64,000 nucleotides of DNA. Origin: an uncultured Roseburia sp. (lineage in GTDB: Bacteria > Bacillota > Clostridia > Lachnospirales > Lachnospiraceae). The notes beneath the pieces were generated by a model. The model searched no databases, was not told the DNA's origin, and saw only the letters and a list, made by a program, of their open reading frames with translations. The stretch spans positions 23,768 through 87,767 of the forward strand of contig CAZTGP010000004.1 of the NCBI GenBank assembly GCA_964613325.1, written 5' to 3'. Of this stretch, positions 29,580 to 39,533 are shown in pieces (within the stretch, counting starts at the first letter, position 1; each line of letters opens with the position of its first letter). Both the position numbers and the translations under genes were made by a program.

Positions 29580-30996
29580 ATTAATTCAAAACGAGTACTC
29601 CAAAATCTTTCATAAAGTCAGCAGTTATGTAATGCTTGGAATCTGGATGTTCATCCTTTTGGCAATTCCAGTGGGAGGGAAGATACTCTCATCCTTATCC
29701 AGCTCACAAATATATTATGGAAGTATTGAAAACGAGTTGGCATTTGCAAAGGAAAATGAGGCCCAGGACCCAATTTATGTGGAGAGATTAGAAAAGGCCC
29801 AGGAACTTGGACTTACCCTGGAAGACTTATGGGGAGACGCTAGCTGGAAGGGAATGGCATTAAATGATGCTTTTGGCTATACAGAGCAGATCTATTCAGA
29901 TGAGCAGGGTGCAAATGAACTCACAGAGAAGCAGAAAGAGCAGATGAACGAATGGTCCAAAGAGATTCTTGCTTCCATTGAGCAGAATGATTGGAAGGTA
30001 TATTACCAGAAGCTGCAGAATATTGTAGTGGAAAATACAAAGCTTTCAGAAGAAGCAAAGACAATTCTGAAAGATTACTATGGATATTTAGTTGAGGAGA
30101 ATATGTCTCCGGAAGAGGATAAGAATTCGCTCCGCATTGCCAAAGATTATGAGTCATCGAAGCCATACTATGACGAGATGGTAACGGCAAAGGAGAAAGG
30201 GGAATCTTATGATGAGGAGAGCTTCAAGTCCACACAGAAATCAGTGCTGACCAATGAATATGCAATGGTTCATCATACAACGGATATGATTTATGAGAAT
30301 GGCTATGACACAGAAAGTATATCAGGCAAGTATGTATACAATGGTGAGACAATGAATGCCATGGAGAATGGAATCAATGCATTTATGGTAATCTTTATCT
30401 TACTTATGGTTGTGTCAGGAACTATGATATCCAATGAGTATTCACAGGGAACCATCAAGTTCTTGTTGATTAATCCAGTAAAACGCCAGAAGATATTCTG
30501 GAGCAAATTCATTACCGTAATTACCTTAGCACTGGCGGCAACGTTGATCTCATTTGTGCTTGAGATGTTCTGGTCAGGCATTGTGTATGGATTTGATGGA
30601 CTTGGTGCACCACTGTTAGTGGTACAGGACAATGCAGCGGTTAGTAAATCGGGAATTCTCTTTATGTTCGGTTTATATATGGCACAGTTTCTGCAGGCGG
30701 TCATTGCAGTAACCATTTCCTTTGCACTATCTGCGCTGTTCCGTAATTCTGGAATTGCCATCGCACTTGGAATTATTATCTATGCAGCAGGTGGAACCAT
30801 TTCATCGCTTGCTTCTATGCTGTCCCTTGATTTTGTGCGATATACCATCTTTGCAAATATGGATGTACCAAGCATCCTTGCGGGAATCTTCCCGTTTGAA
30901 GGCATGACTTTGGGATTCTCTGCGGCAGTGATTGCGGTACACATTTTCTTACTGCTCTTTATGGCAAGGGATGCGTTTGTGCGCAAGAATGTGTAA
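29572..30996 (+). CDS. ABC-2 type permease with a large extracellular loop
   Basis: TTG start after GGAGG; ISNEYSQGTIKFLLINPVKRQKIFWSK motif; multiple TMs. Confidence 0.88.
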   Translation: MLRLIQNEYSKIFHKVSSYVMLGIWMFILLAIPVGGKILSSLSSSQIYYGSIENELAFAKENEAQDPIYVERLEKAQELGLTLEDLWGDASWKGMALNDAFGYTEQIYSDEQGANELTEKQKEQMNEWSKEILASIEQNDWKVYYQKLQNIVVENTKLSEEAKTILKDYYGYLVEENMSPEEDKNSLRIAKDYESSKPYYDEMVTAKEKGESYDEESFKSTQKSVLTNEYAMVHHTTDMIYENGYDTESISGKYVYNGETMNAMENGINAFMVIFILLMVVSGTMISNEYSQGTIKFLLINPVKRQKIFWSKFITVITLALAATLISFVLEMFWSGIVYGFDGLGAPLLVVQDNAAVSKSGILFMFGLYMAQFLQAVIAVTISFALSALFRNSGIAIALGIIIYAAGGTISSLASMLSLDFVRYTIFANMDVPSILAGIFPFEGMTLGFSAAVIAVHIFLLLFMARDAFVRKNV

Positions 30997-31070
30997 ATGG
31001 AATTCATAGCTTTTGATAGTACAATTAGAAATAATATGTTTTCAGTCAGTGGATGAGAAATGATAAGCGC

Positions 31071-31652
31071 ATGTGCTGCATAGTGCAATTTATTTTGTAC
31101 AATTTTGAAAAAGCGAACGGATTCATCACTATTAGGATTATAGTCTACGCTTGTTGCATATAAATCTAAGACCTGACGGTATAACATCTTTTCAGAAGAA
31201 CGAATATCTCTGATTCGATCTAAAAGTTCTTTCCAGTAATTACCACCACCAGATTGTTTTAATCGCTCATCATCCATTGTAAATCCTTTAATCATATATT
31301 CTTTCAAACGTTCAGTTGCCCAGCGTCTGAAATTTGTTGCAATAGATGATTTGATGCGATAACCTAAGGAGATAATCATATCAAGATTGTAATATGGAAT
31401 ATTACGATTCACATTACGAGAACCTTCTCGGCGAACCTGTCGGAAATTCCGACAGGTTGAAATTTCGTTCAATTCATTTTCTTCATAAATATGTTTTATA
31501 TGTTCGACAACATTGGTTCTAGAAGTTTGAAACAATTCAGCCATTTGTTGTTGTGTAAGCCAAACTGTTTCATCCTCCATTTTTACATCTATATGTGTTA
31601 ATCCATCTTCGGATTGATAGATGAGAACTTCTCCCTTGTTTTCATTCCCCAT
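31071..31652 (-). pseudogene. rhuM: Truncated RhuM-family (virulence RhuM/Fic-associated DNA-binding) gene
   Basis: ETVWLTQQQMAELF, YYNLDMIISLGYRIKS, FRRWATERLKEYMIKGF and VQNKLHYAAH motifs. Similarity stops at residue ~194; the frame then runs on antisense into the permease to 30780. Confidence 0.8.
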
Positions 31653-32109
31653 AATGTGCCCTCCAACTTAATTCGGAAATCCCATACAATTGTTGGTCGA
31701 TCTAATAACTCTACGTGATAATCCTATTACTATCTTAGCGACATATCTATTTATCGTCAACGAGAAAATGCCAGCAAAAGAACTTCTATATGTTATGAGC
31801 AATGAAATAACATAGATTCAATCAATATATCAGTTATGATTGCCATATTCAGACAGGTACTAGAGACAGAGTATCAGTAATGGAGAGTCTTGCGGGGTTA
31901 TTTCTAGTATGTTTAATCTGGCTTCTTTTTATTTAGTGTTAGTGCGAAAAAGAGTTGGTGAGGAAAATATATTTTGTGATAAGCATATGTATTTTATGCA
32001 TTTCATTACTGATGATACAGCATTAATTGTATGCAGCGTCTGCAAATTATAGTAATGAACAATTAGAAAAATCATTATTTAAATGTTTACAGGAAATTAA
32101 GTTTTAATT

Positions 32110-32829
32110 CTAGAGTTCTTCTTCATAACGACAACATTTGTAGAAGAGAAATCCACACGCGATTAGTGTTATGAAGATAAAAAACAGATGAATCAATGGC
32201 ACTGGCCAATTTATAAAAGTTTCAAGCATGGAATCTTTTATTTGAATCCAGAGAGTTCCTGCAAGAATAGATATTATAAAAGGGAAAAAATAGTATTTAT
32301 TTTGATCTATTACGTAGCGACGCAGAAATAAGGTTAAAAACACAATTGGAACCAATATAAAATAAATAAGGTAAGTGTAAAAAATGCCATTGTTATATTC
32401 AATTTGTAAGTAACTGTGATTGCCATCAGCAAATTTTTCCATCGCAAATGTTGCTCCCATTCCATAAACAAATATGAGAGTACATGATATAACATTAACA
32501 AGAATACGTATCCCAAGACGAATTGATACAGGGATATCACTTAGGCGCTCTTTTTGGTATTCAATAGAACCATAAGGAGTTGTAAGCTTGCGAAAAATAA
32601 GGTTAAAAGAAGCAATAAGGAATAAAAATGCAAAAATAAGATTGATAATATTAACAAACACTCTGGCATGTACGTCCAAGTATTGACATACATTTTGTGG
32701 TAGAACTAATGTAATTAGCAGAAGACTAAGGCAAGCGATTATTGGATACCTTAAATTGAAATATTGTTTTTTTATCTCCCATAAAAAAACTTGATTTAGC
32801 TGTTTGAAATTAAAATTTGGCTTTGCCAT
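32110..32829 (-). CDS. Multi-TM putative ABC permease
   Basis: About six hydrophobic segments; overlaps the ABC ATPase gene; AT-rich. Confidence 0.7.
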   Translation of the reverse strand: MAKPNFNFKQLNQVFLWEIKKQYFNLRYPIIACLSLLLITLVLPQNVCQYLDVHARVFVNIINLIFAFLFLIASFNLIFRKLTTPYGSIEYQKERLSDIPVSIRLGIRILVNVISCTLIFVYGMGATFAMEKFADGNHSYLQIEYNNGIFYTYLIYFILVPIVFLTLFLRRYVIDQNKYYFFPFIISILAGTLWIQIKDSMLETFINWPVPLIHLFFIFITLIACGFLFYKCCRYEEEL

Positions 32830-33499
32830 ATCGAACTACCTCCAAATAGAATTCTTCTATTGATTTGTTATATTTCTGACGAATTTCATCAGCAATCATT
32901 ACTTTTACACCGGACGAAGTGAAGAAAATGACTTCATCAAATAGCTGTTCCATTTCTCGCAAAAGATGCGTTGCCATAAGAATGGTAGCATTGCTTGGAA
33001 TGTTGGATAAAAGAAACTGACGAATATCTTTTTTGAAATAAGGGTCTAATCCACTAAATGGTTCGTCCATTAGAAAGAGATCTGCTTTTTGACTAATTGC
33101 AAGAATCAGACAAAGCCGCTTCTGCTGCCCCATGGATAAGCTTTCAATTTTATCGGATAGTAAGATGTCACTCTCGGCAATTAAACGCAATGCTTTCTGT
33201 TCTTCAAAGTTACAATAGTAGTTTTTGTAGAATGTTATAGCATCGCGAACCCTCATCCAGGATTCAAATTCATGACTGGCTGGAATGTAGGAGATACGCG
33301 TATCAAATCGCTGAATTTCTCCGGAAGTTGGTTTTATAAGATTCCCTACAAGATTAAGTAGTGTACTTTTGCCAAGACCATTATCACCAACGATACCAAT
33401 GATCTTGTGGGAGGAGATAGAAAGGGTTACATCACGTAGTACGTATTTGTTATCATATCGTTTTGAAACATTTTTAATCTCTAATATTGGCTCGTGCAT
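32810..33499 (-). CDS. ABC transporter ATP-binding protein (YtrB-like)
   Basis: GDNGLGKST, LSMGQQKR, LMDEPFSGLD and MATH motifs. Confidence 0.9.
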   Translation of the reverse strand: MHEPILEIKNVSKRYDNKYVLRDVTLSISSHKIIGIVGDNGLGKSTLLNLVGNLIKPTSGEIQRFDTRISYIPASHEFESWMRVRDAITFYKNYYCNFEEQKALRLIAESDILLSDKIESLSMGQQKRLCLILAISQKADLFLMDEPFSGLDPYFKKDIRQFLLSNIPSNATILMATHLLREMEQLFDEVIFFTSSGVKVMIADEIRQKYNKSIEEFYLEVVRYGKAKF

Positions 33500-33852
33500 G
33501 TAGTGTCCTCCTTTAACATCAGTTCAATTACCTCTTGAATTTCTTCAGAAGATAATCCACAACTTCTCATATTTTGAATATAATCCCGTGTTTGAGTTGA
33601 TACCAATTCATCTTGAAGATGAGAGATATTATCGTTGATAAAATTTCCAATTCCTTTTCGAGAAATAATCAGCTGTTCATTTACCAAGTGTTCCATGGTG
33701 CGTTGTATAGTGAGTGCTGATACTTCAAAGAAAACGGAATATTCGCGTACAGAAGGAAGCTTATCTCCAGCATGAAGCTGCCCACTGGCAATTTGTTCTT
33801 TGATATAACTCGCAATCTGAATGTAGATCGGTTGGTTGTTTTGAAATTCCAA
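33481..33852 (-). CDS. GntR family regulator, YtrA subfamily
   Basis: PIYIQI...GDKLPSVRE...TIQR...RKGIGNF; short ~123 aa; TTG start with GGAGG RBS. Confidence 0.88.
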   Translation of the reverse strand: MEFQNNQPIYIQIASYIKEQIASGQLHAGDKLPSVREYSVFFEVSALTIQRTMEHLVNEQLIISRKGIGNFINDNISHLQDELVSTQTRDYIQNMRSCGLSSEEIQEVIELMLKEDTTCTSQY

Positions 33853-33883
33853 TAGATTTTCCTCCTACTGGTATGATAAATAG

Positions 33884-33920
33884 TGTGTTACTGTTTAACA
33901 TATGTATAACAGTAATATAT
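33884..33920. promoter_or_regulatory. Candidate YtrA operator
   Basis: GTGTTA-N5-TAACA dyad plus a ttactgtt-N12-aacagtaa inverted repeat just upstream of the gntR gene. Confidence 0.5.
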
Positions 33921-34146
33921 CATTAGAATACATTTGGGTCAAGTAATGAATGAAAATATTGAAATTCGCATATTTATGGTGCAGGGAAGATGACAGCTTA
34001 CATGGAAATTGATAACAGATTATTGGATATCAAAGTAATCTGTAAATATGTGAGAATGGTTGATTACGCAAAAAGAGGGATGTATAATCTGATTAGCATT
34101 TCTTTTTTTCGGATAATAAGCCGAAGGAAGAGAGAAAATCACTTGC

Positions 34147-35349
34147 ATGAAAGGCATAGTACAAAACGAAATGAAACATAGGATTAGGAGTAAGCATAGT
34201 GTTATCATTACATGCGCAGTGATGCTTGCATTTTCAAGCATTACAGTCACGGGCTGCGCATCTTCGCAGGATACTGAGGAGTCTGAGACAGATGCATATA
34301 TTCATGAGAGCAGTGAGGAACAGGTCTATGAAGAGTGTGAGGAGCTGGCGGAGGGATATCGTGATATTTATGAGAAGGCGGGAACACAGTTAAATACATA
34401 TTCAGTACAAGAGAAAATTATAGATTATTTAGGGACGGCAGGCTATGCAGCCGTGGATGCGCAGAATCAGATTGATATGGTAAATGCCGATCAGATAGAA
34501 GAATTCTGTGAAAATGCACAAGCGAATAAGAAGGGACGGGCAACGATTCTTCTTGTGACAGCAGAAGGTGGCTTTGTGCGTTATGATCTTACAACAAAAG
34601 ATGGAAATATTTCGGTGGTTGAGAGTTATTTGAATTGGACAGATGGCGAACCTCGTGGAGATGGACTTCGTAGCTTTGATGCTTATACGTGGAAATATAC
34701 AGATAACGGCTATTTATTTTTAGAGGAATACCAGCCAGTGGGATATGATGGAGCACCTGGACAGGTGGGATTTCGTGTAAAACCATTGGATGCAAAATGC
34801 AGAGAACTGAATCGTAAATATGTGATGCCAGTGGGATTTGGGTATAATAATTTGTTGATTACAGACTGGGATGAAGCAAATTATGGTGCACTTGATTTCT
34901 ATGATCTCTATGAAAGACTGTATCGAGCAGAGTCAGGAGGTTCCTACCCATACGAATCTGGATATGAACCCATGGAGTATGAGATTCCAAAGAATGATTT
35001 CGAATCATTGATGGAGAAGTATTTCGCCATCAATCACGATACACTTGTACAGTATACAGCATATAATGAGGCGGAGCAGACCTACCATTATATAACCAGA
35101 GGATTTGCCGATAGTGAATTCCCATATGGACCATATCCAGAAGTGGTAGCGTATAAGAAAATGGATGACCAAACCATCTTATTAACCATTCAAGCAGTTT
35201 GGATCTGGAAAGAGCGAGATCAGGCATTGACCACGGAGCTTGTGGTTCGACAATTGGAGGATGGAAGCTTTCAGTATGTCTCCAATCACGTGATCGCAGA
35301 TGATAGACAGAAAAGAGCAGAATGGTACACTTCACGTGGGGCAGAATAA
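34147..35349 (+). CDS. Putative lipoprotein, DUF6070-like
   Basis: Signal peptide with ITVTGC lipobox; acidic body. Family assignment is from memory of the pattern. Confidence 0.65.
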   Translation: MKGIVQNEMKHRIRSKHSVIITCAVMLAFSSITVTGCASSQDTEESETDAYIHESSEEQVYEECEELAEGYRDIYEKAGTQLNTYSVQEKIIDYLGTAGYAAVDAQNQIDMVNADQIEEFCENAQANKKGRATILLVTAEGGFVRYDLTTKDGNISVVESYLNWTDGEPRGDGLRSFDAYTWKYTDNGYLFLEEYQPVGYDGAPGQVGFRVKPLDAKCRELNRKYVMPVGFGYNNLLITDWDEANYGALDFYDLYERLYRAESGGSYPYESGYEPMEYEIPKNDFESLMEKYFAINHDTLVQYTAYNEAEQTYHYITRGFADSEFPYGPYPEVVAYKKMDDQTILLTIQAVWIWKERDQALTTELVVRQLEDGSFQYVSNHVIADDRQKRAEWYTSRGAE

Positions 35350-35415
35350 GAGAATCAGATTCTGCGCGCCCTGTGGAGAAGAATGCTGGGATAAAGTTCC
35401 AGGTTATGCTGAACA

Positions 35416-36297
35416 TTATAGAGATTTACGATATCGGCTTGGAGAGCACCCTTTCCTTTTGTGGAAGACCTTCGTGTAATAGTTCGAGTCATGGAATCCC
35501 ACAAGTTCTGCAATCTCGATGATGGACAAGTCTGTATTTGTTAGATAATCAACGCTTTTTTCAATACGGTATTGTGCAATAAAATCAAACAATGAAATAT
35601 TCATATGCTTTTTAAATATTCTAGAGCACTCGCTCCGGCAGACACCTATGGAATCTGCAATCATCTCAAGAGTCAGATCCGAGGCGTAGTGCTCTTCGAT
35701 ATAGTGGACAATTTTACGGATGCGATCATAAGAAGTTTTGTCATAGGATGTATCGGCAATGGCTATTTCATTGTTCTGATAGAGTTCCTTCCAGAATTGT
35801 GACAATAAGGAAAGAAGATCAAATTCATAAGCCAAATATTTCTGTTGGTCGATCTCAATCATTTGCTTTAACAGGTCAATCATGTGAAAATGCCAATTCT
35901 TTGATAAGTCAAAGCATATTGAGGAAAGCGCATAATTTTTAAGAATCGGGCGAATGTAGCTGTGATAGATCAGACTGTTTTCGTATCCATATATGAGCTT
36001 CGCATCAAAGGTGATGGCGGTATATTCGCAGTCCAACTGGTTCACCATATGGCCGGAATGGAGTGTACTACTGTTTCCGAAAATTGCCTGACCAGCTTTT
36101 AAGTGATAAGATTCATTGTTGATCTGATAGATCATTTCGCCCTTGGTGACAAGTGTTATCTCTATTTCAGGATGCCAATGCCAGAGAAAAGACCCAGATT
36201 CATAGGAGGATAATTTCTCTTTGCTCACAAGTAGAGGAAAAGAGTAGTCACCATGTTCCTTTAATTCTTTTTGAAATTCATTGGTTGCTATCTGCAT
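35416..36297 (-). CDS. AraC family regulator with N-terminal cupin
   Basis: WHWHPEIE cupin; C-terminal LTLEMIA..ECSRIFKK..GFHDSNYYTKVFHKRKGCSPSRYR. Start at MQIAT behind GGAGG. Confidence 0.92.
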   Translation of the reverse strand: MQIATNEFQKELKEHGDYSFPLLVSKEKLSSYESGSFLWHWHPEIEITLVTKGEMIYQINNESYHLKAGQAIFGNSSTLHSGHMVNQLDCEYTAITFDAKLIYGYENSLIYHSYIRPILKNYALSSICFDLSKNWHFHMIDLLKQMIEIDQQKYLAYEFDLLSLLSQFWKELYQNNEIAIADTSYDKTSYDRIRKIVHYIEEHYASDLTLEMIADSIGVCRSECSRIFKKHMNISLFDFIAQYRIEKSVDYLTNTDLSIIEIAELVGFHDSNYYTKVFHKRKGCSPSRYRKSL

Positions 36298-36432
36298 ATG
36301 AGAAACCTCCACAATTAATTACCTATATTGTACCATGACAAACGGTTGCAGCGCAATATATTACCTGTTTTGCTCATTTTTGTTAAGGCATTTCTATGGG
36401 AGGCGTGTATAATAACTATTAGAAACAAGTTT

Positions 36433-36637
36433 AGTTAATTGCAAAACACATTGAATTCACAATGACTATGTACTACAAATACAAACAAACCTAGGCACGC
36501 TTGCGCTACATTGGCTCATGCAACGGTACTAAGCGACCAAAGTACGGTCGCAAAGGACCGGCTTCGCCAGAGTGCCTATGTTTCTTTGCATTTGTAGTAC
36601 ATAGCCAATCGAAGGATTGTGAGTTTTGCAATTAACG
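36433..36637. repeat. Structured interspersed repeat, full copy 2
   Basis: 14-bp terminal IR gttaattgcaaaac/gttttgcaattaac; near-identical core to 17987-18079. Confidence 0.85.
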
Positions 36638-36672
36638 AAGAGATTTCAGATGTGAATTATGGAGGTAGAAGC

Positions 36673-37917
36673 ATGCAGATGCCAAGTAAAGCGACAATAG
36701 AGAATGTATATGGAGATAAGGCAGGCACAGAAGCCCGCTTTGAGAATTTGAGCACACAGTTTACTAAGAATTTTGGGATGACAGATATGGAGTTCTTTAC
36801 CGCACCAGGTAGAACAGAAATCGTTGGAAACCATACAGATCATAATGGTGGCAAAGTATTAGCAGCAAGTATCGATATGGATACAATCGGAGCAGCTTAC
36901 CCAAATAATTCCAATGTGATTGAGATCATTAGTGAAGGATACCCAGGTAAGATCGTTGTGGATCTTGACAAAATTGATGAAGTACCAATCAACCAGGGAA
37001 CAGTGTCTTTAGTTGCAGGTATGGTAAAAGGTGCAGAAAAATTCGGATACAAGGTATCTGGTTTTAGTGCATATGTTTCAACAGAAGTAATCAGCTCAGC
37101 AGGTGTAAGCTCTTCCGCTTCCTTTGAGATGTTATTTTGTACAATAATGAATTATTTCTTTAATGATAATAAAATCCCATATATGGATTATGCAAGAATC
37201 GGTCAGTTTTCTGAGAATCAGTACTGGAGCAAGGCTTCTGGGCTTATGGATCAGATGGCTTGTGCAGTTGGTGGTACGATTCTTTTAGATTTCCAGGATG
37301 GCGTAAAATACGAGAAGGTTGATTTCGGATACGATAAATTTGGTTATGAGATGGTTATCATCAACACTGGAAAAGGCCATGCTGATTTAAGTGACGAGTA
37401 CAGTGCAGTACCAAACGAGATGAAGGCAGTTGCCAAATGCCTTGGATGCACACAGCTTGCAGATACGAGCATGGAAGCATTGCTGGAGAATCTCTCTAAG
37501 GTAGAAGCAGAAGTAAAGAATGACCGCGCAATCTTACGTGCATTCCATTTCTTAAATGAGAATGCAAGAGTAGAGGATTTAATCACAGCAATGAATGCAA
37601 AAGACAGTGATAAAATTCTTCACATCATTTCTGAGTCGGGAAGATCCTCATGGGAACTTTTACAGAATTGTTATTCTTTGATTGATTACAAAGAGCAGAA
37701 GATATCTCTTGCCCTTGCACTTACAGAGCAGTTCTTAAATAAGATCGGTGATGGATGCTGCCGTGTACATGGTGGTGGTTTCGCTGGTGTTATCATGTGT
37801 GCAGTTCCAAAGCAGTATACAGAGGAGTATGTTGCATTCATCTCTAAATATTTTGGAATAGAGAATGTATATCCAATGAACATTCGTCAGGTTGGAGCTA
37901 CTCATCTGGCAAAATAA
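36673..37917 (+). CDS. galK: Galactokinase-family GHMP kinase
   Basis: APGRTEIVGNHTDHNGG, SSAGVSSSASFE, SGLMDQMA and RVHGGGFAG motifs. GGAGGT RBS before ATG 36673. Confidence 0.8.
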   Translation: MQMPSKATIENVYGDKAGTEARFENLSTQFTKNFGMTDMEFFTAPGRTEIVGNHTDHNGGKVLAASIDMDTIGAAYPNNSNVIEIISEGYPGKIVVDLDKIDEVPINQGTVSLVAGMVKGAEKFGYKVSGFSAYVSTEVISSAGVSSSASFEMLFCTIMNYFFNDNKIPYMDYARIGQFSENQYWSKASGLMDQMACAVGGTILLDFQDGVKYEKVDFGYDKFGYEMVIINTGKGHADLSDEYSAVPNEMKAVAKCLGCTQLADTSMEALLENLSKVEAEVKNDRAILRAFHFLNENARVEDLITAMNAKDSDKILHIISESGRSSWELLQNCYSLIDYKEQKISLALALTEQFLNKIGDGCCRVHGGGFAGVIMCAVPKQYTEEYVAFISKYFGIENVYPMNIRQVGATHLAK

Positions 37918-37962
37918 GAGCGTGGAATAAACGAGAAGGATGAATAAAGCAATCACAAAATG

Positions 37963-38096
37963 ACATAGCTAATTGAAGGATTATGAGTTATAAAATTAGC
38001 TATGTAATGAACAAATAGGGAGGGATATGTCACCAAATTGGAAGGATATATCCTTTCTTTGTATTCGTAGTACATAGTCAATTGAAGGATTGTAGT
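37963..38096. repeat. Two right-arm fragments of the structured repeat
   Basis: acatagctaattgaaggattatgagttataaaattagctatgt (37963-38005, perfect 12-bp IR) and ttgtattcgtagtacatagtcaattgaaggattgt (~38059-38093) match the 3' arm of copy 1. Confidence 0.7.
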
Positions 38097-38130
38097 ACAA
38101 TAAGAAAAACGATTTTGGGAGGATTAAGGA

Positions 38131-38760
38131 ATGGTAAATAAGAACAATATGGACAGCGGTAAATTGTATGATCCAGGTGACGACGAGATTATGACAGAAC
38201 AGTTAAAATGTATGGAGCTTCTTTATGATTTTAATCTTACAAGACCATCTGAAATGGGAAAAAGAGAACAGCTTATGAAGGAGATGTTTGCAGAAATTGG
38301 AGATAATTGTTATATTGAACCTCCTTTTCACGCAAACTGGGCAGGAAAACATGTACATTTCGGGGAAGGTGTGTATGCGAATTTCGGACTGACTTGTGTG
38401 GATGATACTCATATCTATGTGGGAAGCCATACGATGTTTGGACCAAATGTAGTATTGGCTACAGCTGGACATCCAGTTCTCCCAGCACTTCGCACCCATG
38501 GAATTCAATATAATATGCCAATTCATATCGGAGAGAACTGCTGGCTTGGAGCGGGTGTAGTAGTGCTTCCAGGAATTACCATTGGAGCGAATTCTGTAAT
38601 TGGAGCGGGCAGCATTGTCACAAAGGATATTCCTGAAAATGTAATTGCAGTGGGAAATCCATGTAAAGTACTTCGAGAGATAAATGAACATGATAGAGAA
38701 TTTTATTACAAAGATAAGAAAATTGATTGGGCGGAAATGCAGAAATATGTAGAGCTATAA
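38131..38760 (+). CDS. Sugar O-acetyltransferase (Maa/LacA-like hexapeptide-repeat family)
   Basis: YIEPPFHANW, GPNVVLATAGHP, IGENCWLGAGV, IGAGSIVTKDIP and GNPC motifs. Confidence 0.9.
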   Translation: MVNKNNMDSGKLYDPGDDEIMTEQLKCMELLYDFNLTRPSEMGKREQLMKEMFAEIGDNCYIEPPFHANWAGKHVHFGEGVYANFGLTCVDDTHIYVGSHTMFGPNVVLATAGHPVLPALRTHGIQYNMPIHIGENCWLGAGVVVLPGITIGANSVIGAGSIVTKDIPENVIAVGNPCKVLREINEHDREFYYKDKKIDWAEMQKYVEL

Positions 38761-38777
38761 GAAACGGGATTTGGGAT

Positions 38778-39377
38778 ATGACAGTGAAAGAGACAGAAGA
38801 AAAGTGGGATAAACTATTACGAATAAAGACATCGGGGCGTGATGATACGAACGCAGATCAGTATCATTATCCCTATGAGCCAACACCATATACCGTATTA
38901 GAGCGCCTTGCAAATAGTGGATATATTAGAAAAAACAATGTACTTCTAGATTATGGGTGTGGAAAAGGAAGGGGCGATTTCTTCTTATCATATCAGACCA
39001 GATGCAAGTCCATTGGAATCGAATATGATGATCGAATCTATGCTGCAGCAATGAACAATGCAAGTAAAGCGGCTTCTTCTGGACGAGTACAGTTTGTGCA
39101 TCAGGATGCAACACAGTATACGGTGGGAATGGAAGTTGACAGGTGCTATTTCTTCAATCCATTTTCCGTTGAAATCCTGCAGAAAGTCATTGCCAGAATT
39201 ATGGAATCATACTATGAGAAGCCACGGGGAATACAACTCTTTTTCTATTATCCATCGGATGAGTATATCTCATATTTGATGGCAGTGGATGAACTGATTT
39301 TTTTAGATGAAATTAATTGCGCAGATTTATTCCAGGGCGAGAATAAACGGGAGAGAATTATGATATTTGAAGTATAA
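38778..39377 (+). CDS. Class I SAM-dependent methyltransferase
   Basis: YEPTPY, LDYGCGKGR, GIEYD and YFFNPF motifs. Confidence 0.8.
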   Translation: MTVKETEEKWDKLLRIKTSGRDDTNADQYHYPYEPTPYTVLERLANSGYIRKNNVLLDYGCGKGRGDFFLSYQTRCKSIGIEYDDRIYAAAMNNASKAASSGRVQFVHQDATQYTVGMEVDRCYFFNPFSVEILQKVIARIMESYYEKPRGIQLFFYYPSDEYISYLMAVDELIFLDEINCADLFQGENKRERIMIFEV

Positions 39378-39533
39378 GGAAAAGATAATATCGCAAGAAT
39401 CAATGTAGAGGAGATAGGTGATTCTCAGACAGAAAAATAATTGAAATAATTGAAATATTCATTGCAATATAACTCGGATATGGTAGAATATTACAAGTAT
39501 AGCAAATATAGGTATTTTATAGGGACTAATTGT

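Noticed and set aside
30780-31070. C-terminal 96 aa of the 290-aa ORF as genuine protein
   Set aside because: It lies beyond the RhuM similarity breakpoint and is largely antisense to the permease, so it is treated as run-on.
36619-36672. GTG-initiated N-terminal extension of galK given in the ORF track
   Set aside because: The GTG falls inside the repeat element; a strong GGAGGT RBS supports ATG 36673.
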